Positions 56,131 through 64,000 of a DNA stretch of 64,000 nt are shown one piece after another. The translations under genes and the position numbers were made by a program. The notes beneath the pieces were generated by a model. It was not told the DNA's origin. It ran no database searches and saw nothing but the letters and a program-made list of their open reading frames with translations. The stretch comes from Candidatus Omnitrophota bacterium (GTDB lineage Bacteria; Hinthialibacterota; Hinthialibacteria; Hinthialibacterales; JAKPRU01), in contig JAKQSI010000048.1 of assembly GCA_029570205.1 (NCBI GenBank), positions 20,857-84,856 on the forward strand. Reading direction: 5' to 3'. The first letter of the stretch is position 1. The number at the start of each line of letters is the position of its first letter.

Positions 56131-58767
56131 ATGCGAATTAACCAGATAGCACGTGAGTACCACTTGGACAACAAGGATATTATTGCTTTTCTCTCCTCCA
56201 TCGGACATAGCGGGAAAAGTCACAGCTCCAGTATTGACGAGGACTTGCAGAAACGGATCCTGATTCATTTCGGTGTGATAGAAAGCCTCGAAGAGGAAGA
56301 ACCCCAGAAGACAAGCAAATTCAAACGGGTAAAACGCCCCAAGGGATGGACGCCGAAGCCGGCCGAAGAAAAGGAAGTTGAGGCACAAGAAGCCGAATCG
56401 GTAACCGTTAAACCTCCAAAAGAAAAACCATCCCTGGGAATCAAGGCCCCTTCCAGACTCGCTGAAGCCAAACCCAAAGAAAAACCGGTCGAAGCAAAGA
56501 AAGAACCGGAACGAGAGGCCGAGCCGAAAGAAAAACTGCCTGTAGCAGAAGAAACAAAAGCCGTCACACCGGAGGAACCGGAGATTGCACAGCCCGGGAA
56601 AACCAAACCGGTAATCCAGGTTGAGTCGGTAACTTCCCAACAGCAAGTCACCGACACGGAAAGAATACAGGTCTCTGACCGCGGGGTAGAGCCATTCGAA
56701 GAGAAGCTGCCTCCCGGACCGAAGGAGCTCTTCCCCCAAGTTCCGATTGAGGTAATTCCCGAGAAAACCGCTCATAAAAAAGCAAAAGCGCGTAAGGACG
56801 CCGACGAAGCCATCCGAAAAGAAATACAGAAACTCAAACTGAAAACAAAACGGGGCGCCGAGCCGACCAAGGTGATTGCCGGACCCATCGATCGTCGCAT
56901 GGGGCATGGAATCCCGAAGGGCAAAAGCAAGAAAGCCTGGAAACGATCCAAGCGTGAACGACAGGAAGCCCAGTTGGCGGAAGAACTCGAACAGATCGAA
57001 CATGATCGCACCACTCTGAGAATCCACGAAGCCACAACGGTAGCCGATATCGCTAATGGATTGGGAATCACCCCGGCGGAACTGATCTCCAAACTGGTTC
57101 AGCTGGGAGTCATGGCCACCCTGAACCAGCGCCTGGACTTGGACACCATCCAAATCATCGCGGATGAGTTCGGTTTCGGCATCGAACAAGTGGACCTGTT
57201 CGAGGCGGGATTGTTCAATTACCTGGGGGAAGAGGAAAAAGATCGGGAAGACCAGCTGGAACCTCGCCCCCCTGTTGTTACCGTTATGGGACATGTGGAC
57301 CACGGCAAGACAAAACTCCTGGATGCCATCCGGAAATCCGATGTGGTCTCCGGGGAAGCCGGTGGAATTACCCAGCATATCGGCGCGTACGATGTCCGAA
57401 CGCCAGGAGGCCGGATTGTCTTTGTCGATACCCCCGGTCATGAGGCATTCACCTCCATGCGGGCACGCGGCGCGATGATTACCGATATTGTCGTCCTGGT
57501 GGTGGCAGCCGATGACGGTGTCATGCCCCAGACCGTTGAGGCAATTCACCACGCCAAGGCGGCGGAAGTCCCCATTATTGTGGCAATCAACAAAATCGAT
57601 CTCGCCGGAGCGAATCCCGACCGGGTCAAACAGCAGCTCGCCGAGCATGGCCTGATCCCCGAAGAATGGGGCGGAAAAACTATGTATGTGCTGTGTTCTG
57701 CCCTCAAGCGTGAAGGGATCAATGATCTTCTGGAGGCCATCCTGCTGCAGGCAGAGGTAATGGAATTGAAAGCGAATCCCAAAGCCAGACCGCGCGGAAC
57801 CATTCTGGAAGCCCGCCTGGAACAGGGGCGTGGCCCGGTAACAACGGTACTGGTGGAACAGGGAACGCTTCATATCGGCGATCCGTGCATTGCCGGGGTT
57901 TATAGCGGACGTATCCGGGCGATGTACGATAATCGCGGCGAGCCGATCCACGAAGCCGGACCGTCCACTCCCGTCGAAATTCTGGGGCTGGAGGATGTTC
58001 CGTCGTCCGGAGACCCGTTCGTTGTGGTTCCCAGTGATTCCGAGGCAAAACAGATCAGCGGTCGGCTGCAACAATTGCAGAGAGAACGGCAACTTCAGAA
58101 AGCCAAACGGGTGACCCTGGAAGATCTCCATGCACAAATCCAGGAAGGCAAAATCAAGGAATTGAATTTGATCGTGAAGGGGGATGTTCAGGGTTCGGTT
58201 GAGGCGCTGTGCAGCAATTTGGAGAAAATCGAAAGCCAGAAAGTTCAGGTTCAAATCATTCACAGCGGGGTGGGAGCGATCAGCGAATCCGATATCATGC
58301 TCGCTGCCGCGTCAAACGCTCTTGTGATCGGCTTCAATGTGCGGCCCACGCAGCGGGCGGAGGATCTCGCTCGGCAGGAGGGCGTTCAGGTTCGTACCTA
58401 CCGGATCATTTACGATGCCATTTCCGCAATTCGGGATTCCATGGCCGGTCTTCTGGACCGGACATTTGAGGAGAACCTGCTCGGACGGGGCGAAATCCGC
58501 GAGGTGTTCCGCACCGCCAAAGGATTTTCAATTGCCGGGTCTTATGTCCGGGATGGCCGGCTGAATCGAAATGCCAACATTCGAATCATTCGGGATTCGG
58601 TGGTGGTTCACGAAGGCAAACTGGCCTCCCTGCGCCGTTTCAAGGACGATGTTGCCGAAGTGCCGCAGGGGATGGAATGCGGGATCGGCGTGGAACGATT
58701 TAACGACATTCGGGTCGGCGATGTGGTTGAGTGTTACGAAATGAAAGAAGTTACGCCGACCCTGTAA
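56131..58767 (+). CDS. infB: translation initiation factor IF-2
   Basis: Lys/Glu-rich N-terminal region. G-domain '[16 protein letters not shown]', 'DTPGHEAF', 'NKID'. C-terminal beta-barrels. Confidence 0.95.
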   Translation: MRINQIAREYHLDNKDIIAFLSSIGHSGKSHSSSIDEDLQKRILIHFGVIESLEEEEPQKTSKFKRVKRPKGWTPKPAEEKEVEAQEAESVTVKPPKEKPSLGIKAPSRLAEAKPKEKPVEAKKEPEREAEPKEKLPVAEETKAVTPEEPEIAQPGKTKPVIQVESVTSQQQVTDTERIQVSDRGVEPFEEKLPPGPKELFPQVPIEVIPEKTAHKKAKARKDADEAIRKEIQKLKLKTKRGAEPTKVIAGPIDRRMGHGIPKGKSKKAWKRSKRERQEAQLAEELEQIEHDRTTLRIHEATTVADIANGLGITPAELISKLVQLGVMATLNQRLDLDTIQIIADEFGFGIEQVDLFEAGLFNYLGEEEKDREDQLEPRPPVVTVMGHVDHGKTKLLDAIRKSDVVSGEAGGITQHIGAYDVRTPGGRIVFVDTPGHEAFTSMRARGAMITDIVVLVVAADDGVMPQTVEAIHHAKAAEVPIIVAINKIDLAGANPDRVKQQLAEHGLIPEEWGGKTMYVLCSALKREGINDLLEAILLQAEVMELKANPKARPRGTILEARLEQGRGPVTTVLVEQGTLHIGDPCIAGVYSGRIRAMYDNRGEPIHEAGPSTPVEILGLEDVPSSGDPFVVVPSDSEAKQISGRLQQLQRERQLQKAKRVTLEDLHAQIQEGKIKELNLIVKGDVQGSVEALCSNLEKIESQKVQVQIIHSGVGAISESDIMLAAASNALVIGFNVRPTQRAEDLARQEGVQVRTYRIIYDAISAIRDSMAGLLDRTFEENLLGRGEIREVFRTAKGFSIAGSYVRDGRLNRNANIRIIRDSVVVHEGKLASLRRFKDDVAEVPQGMECGIGVERFNDIRVGDVVECYEMKEVTPTL

Positions 58768-58803
58768 CTGGAGACGCTTTTTCGTTCCCGGTGGAAACCG
58801 CCA

Positions 58804-59088
58804 ATGACCTATCTTGGCCTGTTGGAAGTAGCGATCCGTATTCCAGGCTCCGACAGCCTGAAGGCCAAACGGCATGTTCTCCGAAGCCTGAAGGATCGCA
58901 TTCGCAGCGGGTTTAATGTCTCGTTCGCAGAAACCGGCGAGATGTCCACCTGGCAGCGGGCCGATTTGGCCGCCTCGGCGGTCGCTGCAAACCGGCACAA
59001 AGTAGAAGAGGTTCTGCACCGGGTATTGCGGATCATACAAAATAACCCGGACGTTGAGGTGCTGGAATCGCATATTGAAATGTTTTGA
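58804..59088 (+). CDS. DUF503 (YlxP-like) protein
   Basis: 94 aa in the conserved position between infB and rbfA. 'IRIPGSDSLKAKRHVLRSLKDRIR'. Confidence 0.65.
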   Translation: MTYLGLLEVAIRIPGSDSLKAKRHVLRSLKDRIRSGFNVSFAETGEMSTWQRADLAASAVAANRHKVEEVLHRVLRIIQNNPDVEVLESHIEMF

Positions 59089-59134
59089 CATCCTGTCCAG
59101 GCGGAAGTGGTCCGGTGAGGTGAGGTGTAGATCA

Positions 59135-59521
59135 ATGCGTACAAAATCTTCGTATCGAATCTACCAGGTCAATGCGCTCCTGAAAGAGGAAATCGGCAAG
59201 ATTCTGTTGTACGAAATGCGGGATCCGCGCCTGGAGGGAACCGGTATCACGGAAGTCCGTACCAGCAAGGACCTTCAGCACGCCCAGGTGTTTTTCACCT
59301 GCCCGGGCGACAAAGAGGATCCGCGTGTTGTGATGGAAGCGTTGGACCACAGCGCCGGGCATATTCGTCATGTCCTCGGTCAGCAGGTCCGTCTTAAATA
59401 CATCCCGGAGCTTCGGTTCACTATCGATGATTCGTACGACCGAGCCGACCGGATTCTGGAGATTTTGCAACATGTCGATCTTGGCCATGAGGAAGAGAAG
59501 TCGTCCGACGGAGGACTATAA
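59135..59521 (+). CDS. rbfA: ribosome-binding factor A
   Basis: 'RIYQVNALLKEEIGKILLYEMRDPRL...VTITEVRTSKDLQHAQVFF' KH-like RbfA core. Confidence 0.85.
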   Translation: MRTKSSYRIYQVNALLKEEIGKILLYEMRDPRLEGTGITEVRTSKDLQHAQVFFTCPGDKEDPRVVMEALDHSAGHIRHVLGQQVRLKYIPELRFTIDDSYDRADRILEILQHVDLGHEEEKSSDGGL

Positions 59522-60455
59522 GAACCTGGATGGGGTTCTGAACATCGACAAGCCGCCTGAAATGACCTCTCATGATGTGGTCGATGCGGTCCGGCGTATC
59601 GCCGGGATTCGCAAGGTGGGCCATACCGGCACACTCGATCCCATGGCGACGGGCGTGTTGCCCCTTTGCCTGGGGAACGCCACCCGTATTCAGGAATTCC
59701 TCGTTGCCCAAAACAAAGAATACCGAGTGCAGATGCGCCTGGGGATTACCACGGTTACGCAAGACACCAGCGGTGAGATTGTGGAAGAACGGGATCTGGG
59801 TTCCATCGACGAAGATATTGTGCGGGAGACTCTCCAGCGGTTCGTGGGTCCGCAATCCCAGATCCCGCCGATGGTTTCAGCCAAACATCACAAGGGAAAA
59901 CGCTTGTATGAGCTGGCCCGTAAAGGCGTGGAAGTGAAACGTGCCCCATGCAAAATCACAATTTATGAGTTGGAAATCGAGAACATCGCCCTGCCCTATG
60001 TCACGTACCGGGTTGTATGTTCCAAGGGAACTTATATCCGAACCCTGTGCCACGATTTGGGGCGCGAGTTGGGAACCGGCGCCGCCATGTCGGACCTGAT
60101 CCGAACTCGCTGCGGGGCGTTCACCATCGAAAAGGCCGTCGCGCTCGAAAGCATGAAAAACCCGGAGGATGTCCGGCAGCATCTGGCTTCCATGAGCGAA
60201 TCCCTGTCGAATATGCCGTCTGTGCTGGTCGGGCACGAGGGCGCACAGAGCCTGGGGGCCGGTCGCGCGTTACTGGGGGTCTCTGTGGCGCGAGTTTCCG
60301 CACCCTTCGAGGCCGGGGACCGGCTGCGGATCCTTGATCGCCAGGGAGTCTTGCTGGGGGTGGGGGAGGCGCTTTTTCCCTCCGACCAGATCAACGGCAT
60401 GGGGGGAAATCTGCGTGTTGTAAAGCCGGTGAAAGTTTTCTTCGGCCAGAAGTAA
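59487..60455 (+). CDS. truB: tRNA pseudouridine(55) synthase TruB (with C-terminal PUA domain)
   Basis: 'GVLNIDKPPEMTSHDVVDAVRRI..KVGHTGTLDPMATGVLPLCLG' catalytic Asp motif. It overlaps rbfA by 35 nt. Confidence 0.9.
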   Translation: MRKRSRPTEDYKNLDGVLNIDKPPEMTSHDVVDAVRRIAGIRKVGHTGTLDPMATGVLPLCLGNATRIQEFLVAQNKEYRVQMRLGITTVTQDTSGEIVEERDLGSIDEDIVRETLQRFVGPQSQIPPMVSAKHHKGKRLYELARKGVEVKRAPCKITIYELEIENIALPYVTYRVVCSKGTYIRTLCHDLGRELGTGAAMSDLIRTRCGAFTIEKAVALESMKNPEDVRQHLASMSESLSNMPSVLVGHEGAQSLGAGRALLGVSVARVSAPFEAGDRLRILDRQGVLLGVGEALFPSDQINGMGGNLRVVKPVKVFFGQK

Positions 60456-60548
60456 TGGCTTATCCCTCGCCCGAATGGAGAGAGCGTGGTATAATAAACA
60501 ATTCCGGGTGACGACATCTGTCACCCTCTCCCGAAAGGAGGTGAAAAG

Positions 60549-60818
60549 TTGTCTATTACGGTTGAACGCAAGCAGAAAGTGATCGAAGAGTATCGAGTCC
60601 ACGACACGGATACCGGCTCGCCGGAGGTTCAGATTGCCATTCTGTCCGAACGGATTGCAAATCTGACCGAGCATTTCAAGTCGCACAAAAAGGACCATCA
60701 TTCGCGTCGTGGATTATTGATGATGGTCAACCAGCGTCGCCGATTGCTGGATTATCTGAAGGAGCATCAGATCGATCGGTATCGCGCGATCATCAGCAGA
60801 CTTGGATTGAGACGTTAA
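60549..60818 (+). CDS. rpsO: 30S ribosomal protein S15
   Basis: TTG start after a GGAGGTGA RBS. '[35 protein letters not shown]'. Confidence 0.9.
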   Translation: MSITVERKQKVIEEYRVHDTDTGSPEVQIAILSERIANLTEHFKSHKKDHHSRRGLLMMVNQRRRLLDYLKEHQIDRYRAIISRLGLRR

Positions 60819-61131
60819 AGAATCTGTGGAGGAGAACGAGTCGATTTACGGGTACTGGGCGGACTGAATCTATTCCGTTGTTGGGTTTTTTCAGGCACCC
60901 CGATTAGGAGGACGGATCTCGGTTCGAGGTCTTTCATCCTAGTCAGGGTGCAAACGAGAAAGTTCAACATGCCCCCCGCCTCCTTCTCCTCCACTTATCA
61001 GGTTATCGCATCTGTGGTTAGTTCGCTTGGGGTTTATCGCCAATAGAATGCGTGAAGGATCAGGGATACATGAAACCTGAATCCGATTGGACCTTACAGC
61101 CTTTCCCACCGAAACCGCTAACCGGAGCCGA

Positions 61132-61170
61132 CGGCATTGGTTTGTCCGTATTGCGTATTCGCAATGCCCG
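61132..61170 (+). promoter_or_regulatory. structured hairpin in pnp 5' leader (candidate RNase III / autoregulation site)
   Basis: CGGCATTGG...ATTGCG-TATT-CGCAAT...GCCCGG nested inverted repeats 30-70 nt upstream of the pnp start. The position is analogous to the known pnp leader hairpin in other bacteria. Confidence 0.3.
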
Positions 61171-61202
61171 GCACACATCACAAATAAACGGAGGAATACC
61201 TC

Positions 61203-63545
61203 ATGGCAATACACACGGTGACCCGTGAAATCGCGGGTCGTACACTGACTTTGGAAACCGGCCGACTGGCGAATCAAGCCGGCGGTGCGGTTGTCGCCCG
61301 CTACGGCGACACAATGACCTTTTCCGCCGCTACTATGGCGGCTCCACGTGCGGGAATCGATTTCTTTCCCCTCACCGTGGATTATCGAGAACAACGTTCC
61401 GCTGCCGGGAAGTTCCCCGGTGGGTTTTTCAAGCGGGAAGGACGTCCCGCTGACCGGGAAACCCTCATCTCCCGGTGCATCGACCGGCCTCTCCGGCCGC
61501 TTTTCCCGGAAGGGTTCAATAACGAAGTCCAGGTCCTCGCTCAAGTCCTCTCGTTCGACAATGAAAACGATTCCGACATTCTGGCGATGATCAGCTCATT
61601 CGCCGCCCTGGAAATCTCGGAAATCCCTTTCAACGGCCCCCTCGCGGCTGTCCGAATTGGAAAAGTCAACGGAGAGTTGATCGTCAATCCGACCATCGAG
61701 CAGATGCAGGCAGGGACCCTGAACCTCACGATTGCCGGGAAACGCAACTCCATCCTGATGGTCGAAGGCGGAGCGAACGAAGAACCGGAAGAGACGCTTC
61801 TTGCGGCATTCGACTTGGCGCTGGAAACCATGACCCCTGTCCTGGATATGATTGAGGAACTCCGCTCCCTCGCGGGAAAACCCAAAGTGCCCGTTGATCC
61901 GCCGGTTTCTCTTCAGGGACTGGAGACAAGAGTCTGGGAGATCATCGGCGACCGGTTCCAGCAGGCCAACGAGATCAAGGACAAACGCCAGCGACAGGCA
62001 GAACTCGACAATCTGTGTGCGGAAGCTGTCGAGAAAATACTGGAAAGTCACGAGCGGGAGTTTGCCGCCACACTGCCGGATAATATTGCTACCCGCGAGG
62101 CAGTCGAACAGATCGCGACTCACCTGACCGGAAAAGAGACCGCTCGCCTGGTCGCACAGGTCAAAGAGGCATTCGGGAATATCGAAAAACGCGAATTGCG
62201 AAGATTGATCCTTGAAGAACATCGCCGTTCCGACGGCAGGGCGCTGGATGAGATTCGGCCGATCTCCATTGAGGTAGGGATGATCCCGCGCACACACGGT
62301 TCCGCGCTCTTCACACGAGGCCAGACTCAGACCCTGGTGACCACAACGCTCGGCACAACCTCGGACGAGCAGAAAATCGACGGCCTCCTGGAAGAGTATT
62401 ACAAGCGATTTCTCCTGCACTACAACTTCCCGCCGTATTGTGTCGGTGAAGTTCGTCCGATGCGCGGACCGGGCCGACGGGATATCGGGCATGGGGCGCT
62501 TGCCGAGCGCGCCATCGAATCGCTTCTACCGGACCATGAGCAGTTCCCATACACCATCCGTGTTGTCTCCGATGTGATGGAATCCAATGGATCCTCTTCC
62601 ATGGCTACGGTGTGCGGCGGGTCATTGTCTCTTATGGATGCCGGTGTGCCGATTAAACGGGCTGTCGCCGGAATAGCTATGGGACTCGTGAAAGAGGGTG
62701 ATAAGTCCGCCATCCTGACCGATATCCTTGGTGTGGAAGATCACTTGGGCGATATGGATTTCAAGGTGGCCGGAACCAGTGAGGGAATCACCGGGTTCCA
62801 GATGGATTTGAAGATCGAGGGGATCAGTCGCGAACTGCTCGCTTCTGCTCTCGAACAGGCTCATCGCGCAAGACTTTTCATCCTGGATCGCATGAACCAG
62901 GTGATCGACAAAGCACGCTCCGAATTGTCGCCTTTCGCGCCGCGTATTCAGGTCCTGATGATCCCCGTTGACCGGATTCGGGATGTGATCGGGCCGGGCG
63001 GCAAGATGATCCGCCAGATTATCGCCGAGACCGGTGTGAAGATCGATATCGACGATGACGGGCAGGTGATTATCGCCTCTGTAGATGAGGAAGCCGGACG
63101 GCGTGCGCGCGAGTGGATCGAGACGCTTGTGGAAGAAGTCGAGGTTGAAAAAGTTTACAGGGGAAAAGTGACCCGCCTGATGAATTTCGGCGCGTTTGTC
63201 GAGATCCTGCCCGGCAAAGAAGGTCTGGTTCACATTTCCGAATTGACCGAAGGCCGTGTGGATGAAGTGCGGGATATTGTGAAGGAAGGGGATACCATTG
63301 ATGTTAAGGTGATTGAAATCGACAGTCTTGGAAGGATCAACCTCAGCAAGAGGCTGGCAGAACGCGATCTGGGTATTACGCCGGAATCTCAGTGGCGTGA
63401 GTCTCGTCCCCCGCGTCCTGACCGTGACCGTGGTCGTTCGGGTGGTGGCGGTGGCCGGGGAGATCGCCGGAATAGCGGTGGCCGCAACGACCGGGGTGAT
63501 CGGGGTGGCCGAGGTGATCGAGACCGAGGCGACCGCCGTCGCTGA
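61203..63545 (+). CDS. pnp: polynucleotide phosphorylase with C-terminal RGG/RD-rich tail
   Basis: Two RNase PH domains, KH (IPVDRIRDVIGPGGKMIRQI), S1 (GKVTRLMNFGAFVEI). Then ~45 aa of R/G/D-rich tail ending GRGDRDRGDRRR. Confidence 0.95.
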   Translation: MAIHTVTREIAGRTLTLETGRLANQAGGAVVARYGDTMTFSAATMAAPRAGIDFFPLTVDYREQRSAAGKFPGGFFKREGRPADRETLISRCIDRPLRPLFPEGFNNEVQVLAQVLSFDNENDSDILAMISSFAALEISEIPFNGPLAAVRIGKVNGELIVNPTIEQMQAGTLNLTIAGKRNSILMVEGGANEEPEETLLAAFDLALETMTPVLDMIEELRSLAGKPKVPVDPPVSLQGLETRVWEIIGDRFQQANEIKDKRQRQAELDNLCAEAVEKILESHEREFAATLPDNIATREAVEQIATHLTGKETARLVAQVKEAFGNIEKRELRRLILEEHRRSDGRALDEIRPISIEVGMIPRTHGSALFTRGQTQTLVTTTLGTTSDEQKIDGLLEEYYKRFLLHYNFPPYCVGEVRPMRGPGRRDIGHGALAERAIESLLPDHEQFPYTIRVVSDVMESNGSSSMATVCGGSLSLMDAGVPIKRAVAGIAMGLVKEGDKSAILTDILGVEDHLGDMDFKVAGTSEGITGFQMDLKIEGISRELLASALEQAHRARLFILDRMNQVIDKARSELSPFAPRIQVLMIPVDRIRDVIGPGGKMIRQIIAETGVKIDIDDDGQVIIASVDEEAGRRAREWIETLVEEVEVEKVYRGKVTRLMNFGAFVEILPGKEGLVHISELTEGRVDEVRDIVKEGDTIDVKVIEIDSLGRINLSKRLAERDLGITPESQWRESRPPRPDRDRGRSGGGGGRGDRRNSGGRNDRGDRGGRGDRDRGDRRR

Positions 63546-63595
63546 GATGCGTCGATTGTCCGCGACCCTCTCCCCCCAAGTTTGAGGGAGACACA

Positions 63596-63643
63596 GAGGG
63601 GGTTGAGTTTCTTGGAGTTATATTTCCTCACTCAACCCTCTCC
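63596..63643 (+). terminator. hairpin downstream of pnp (13-bp imperfect stem GAGGGGGTTGAGT/ACTCAACCCTCTC)
   Basis: Inverted repeat 50 nt after the pnp stop. No clear T-tract. Confidence 0.25.
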
Positions 63644-64000
63644 TGAAAACAAGATCATTAAATCAGGGAGGGCGATGCTTCCGCCGAGCCGATTTTCTTA
63701 TTGCTCGCGGCTTGGCAGGAGCCTCGTCTTCCCTTCGTGTCCCGCCCGCATTTACTGATACAGCCCCCAGTTTTCAACGCGGCTGGTTCCTCCGACAAGG
63801 ATCGTGACTTCCTTGAACAGCCCCGCAATCTCCCATCCGAAGGGTCGTTGATTCCCAGCTCGCCAACAGCCTCAAACGGATCAAATATCGGCGATGTCTC
63901 CTCCCCCGACTCAATGTGAAACACCGCCCATACTTTCGTTATGGATTTCACGATCCATCTACCGTTCTCCATATAAAAGTCGCCCAAACATGGAATTGCG

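Noticed and set aside
55530-56201. 223-aa minus-strand ORF with LQVLRVLQILRVLRVLEVLR repeats
   Set aside because: It is the antisense reading of the repetitive acidic NusA tail (GAA/GAG repeats read as CTC/TTC), not a real leucine-rich protein.
55951-58263. 770-aa minus-strand ORF
   Set aside because: Antisense shadow of infB (IF-2 has unmistakable G-domain motifs on the plus strand).
60819-60900. Possible intrinsic terminator after rpsO (GGGTTTTTT tract)
   Set aside because: I could not find a convincing GC-rich stem immediately upstream of the T-tract. Left uncalled.
63658-63987. 109-aa minus-strand ORF at the window edge
   Set aside because: A plausible N-terminus (MENGRWIVKSITKVWAVFHIE...) quickly degenerates into low complexity. 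The flanking sequence is too short to judge. Not called.
1-64000. CRISPR arrays, tRNA/rRNA genes, transposases or integrases
   Set aside because: I scanned for regularly spaced short repeats, T-loop consensus (GGTTCRANTCC) and recombinase motifs and found none. The only notable repeats are the two ~80-bp island-flanking copies.

Overview
This is a 64-kb window of GC-rich (~58-62%) bacterial chromosome. Its gene content (secreted CAZymes and a sulfatase, a prepilin-type protein, GT-C membrane glycosyltransferases) is that of an unidentified glycan-degrading bacterium. Most of it is core genome: RecG, an LptD-like outer-membrane protein, an alpha-glucan phosphorylase, a heme/siroheme cluster (hemL, sirC-like, hemA, hemC, cobA-hemD fusion), TilS, LarC, and a conserved nusA-infB-DUF503-rbfA-truB-rpsO-pnp block. 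It also carries a cluster of secreted glycan-degrading enzymes (GH38 alpha-mannosidase, BNR sialidase, heparinase II/III-like, Tat-sulfatase, CBM9/DUF4091) and cell-envelope glycosylation genes.

The stand-out is a 4.7-kb segment (~7.18-11.92 kb) with visibly lower GC (~43-50%), bracketed by ~80-bp imperfect direct repeats. It sits between a flavin-reductase gene and glgP. It encodes a tightly coupled three-gene operon: a Class-1 OLD-family ATPase-Toprim nuclease, a PD-(D/E)xK restriction-endonuclease-like protein, and a gamma-class N6-adenine DNA methyltransferase. This looks like a candidate composite defence system (Type II R-M fused at operon level to an OLD/PARIS/Gabija-like abortive nuclease).

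There are also two small low-GC toxin-antitoxin-like loci: a BrnA-like antitoxin next to an unrecognised basic protein, and a decayed MNT-HepT pair. Further observations are a 670-bp gene-free interval containing a stable hairpin, an RGG-rich tail on PNPase and an acidic tail on NusA. No rRNA, tRNA, CRISPR array or transposase gene was recognised.
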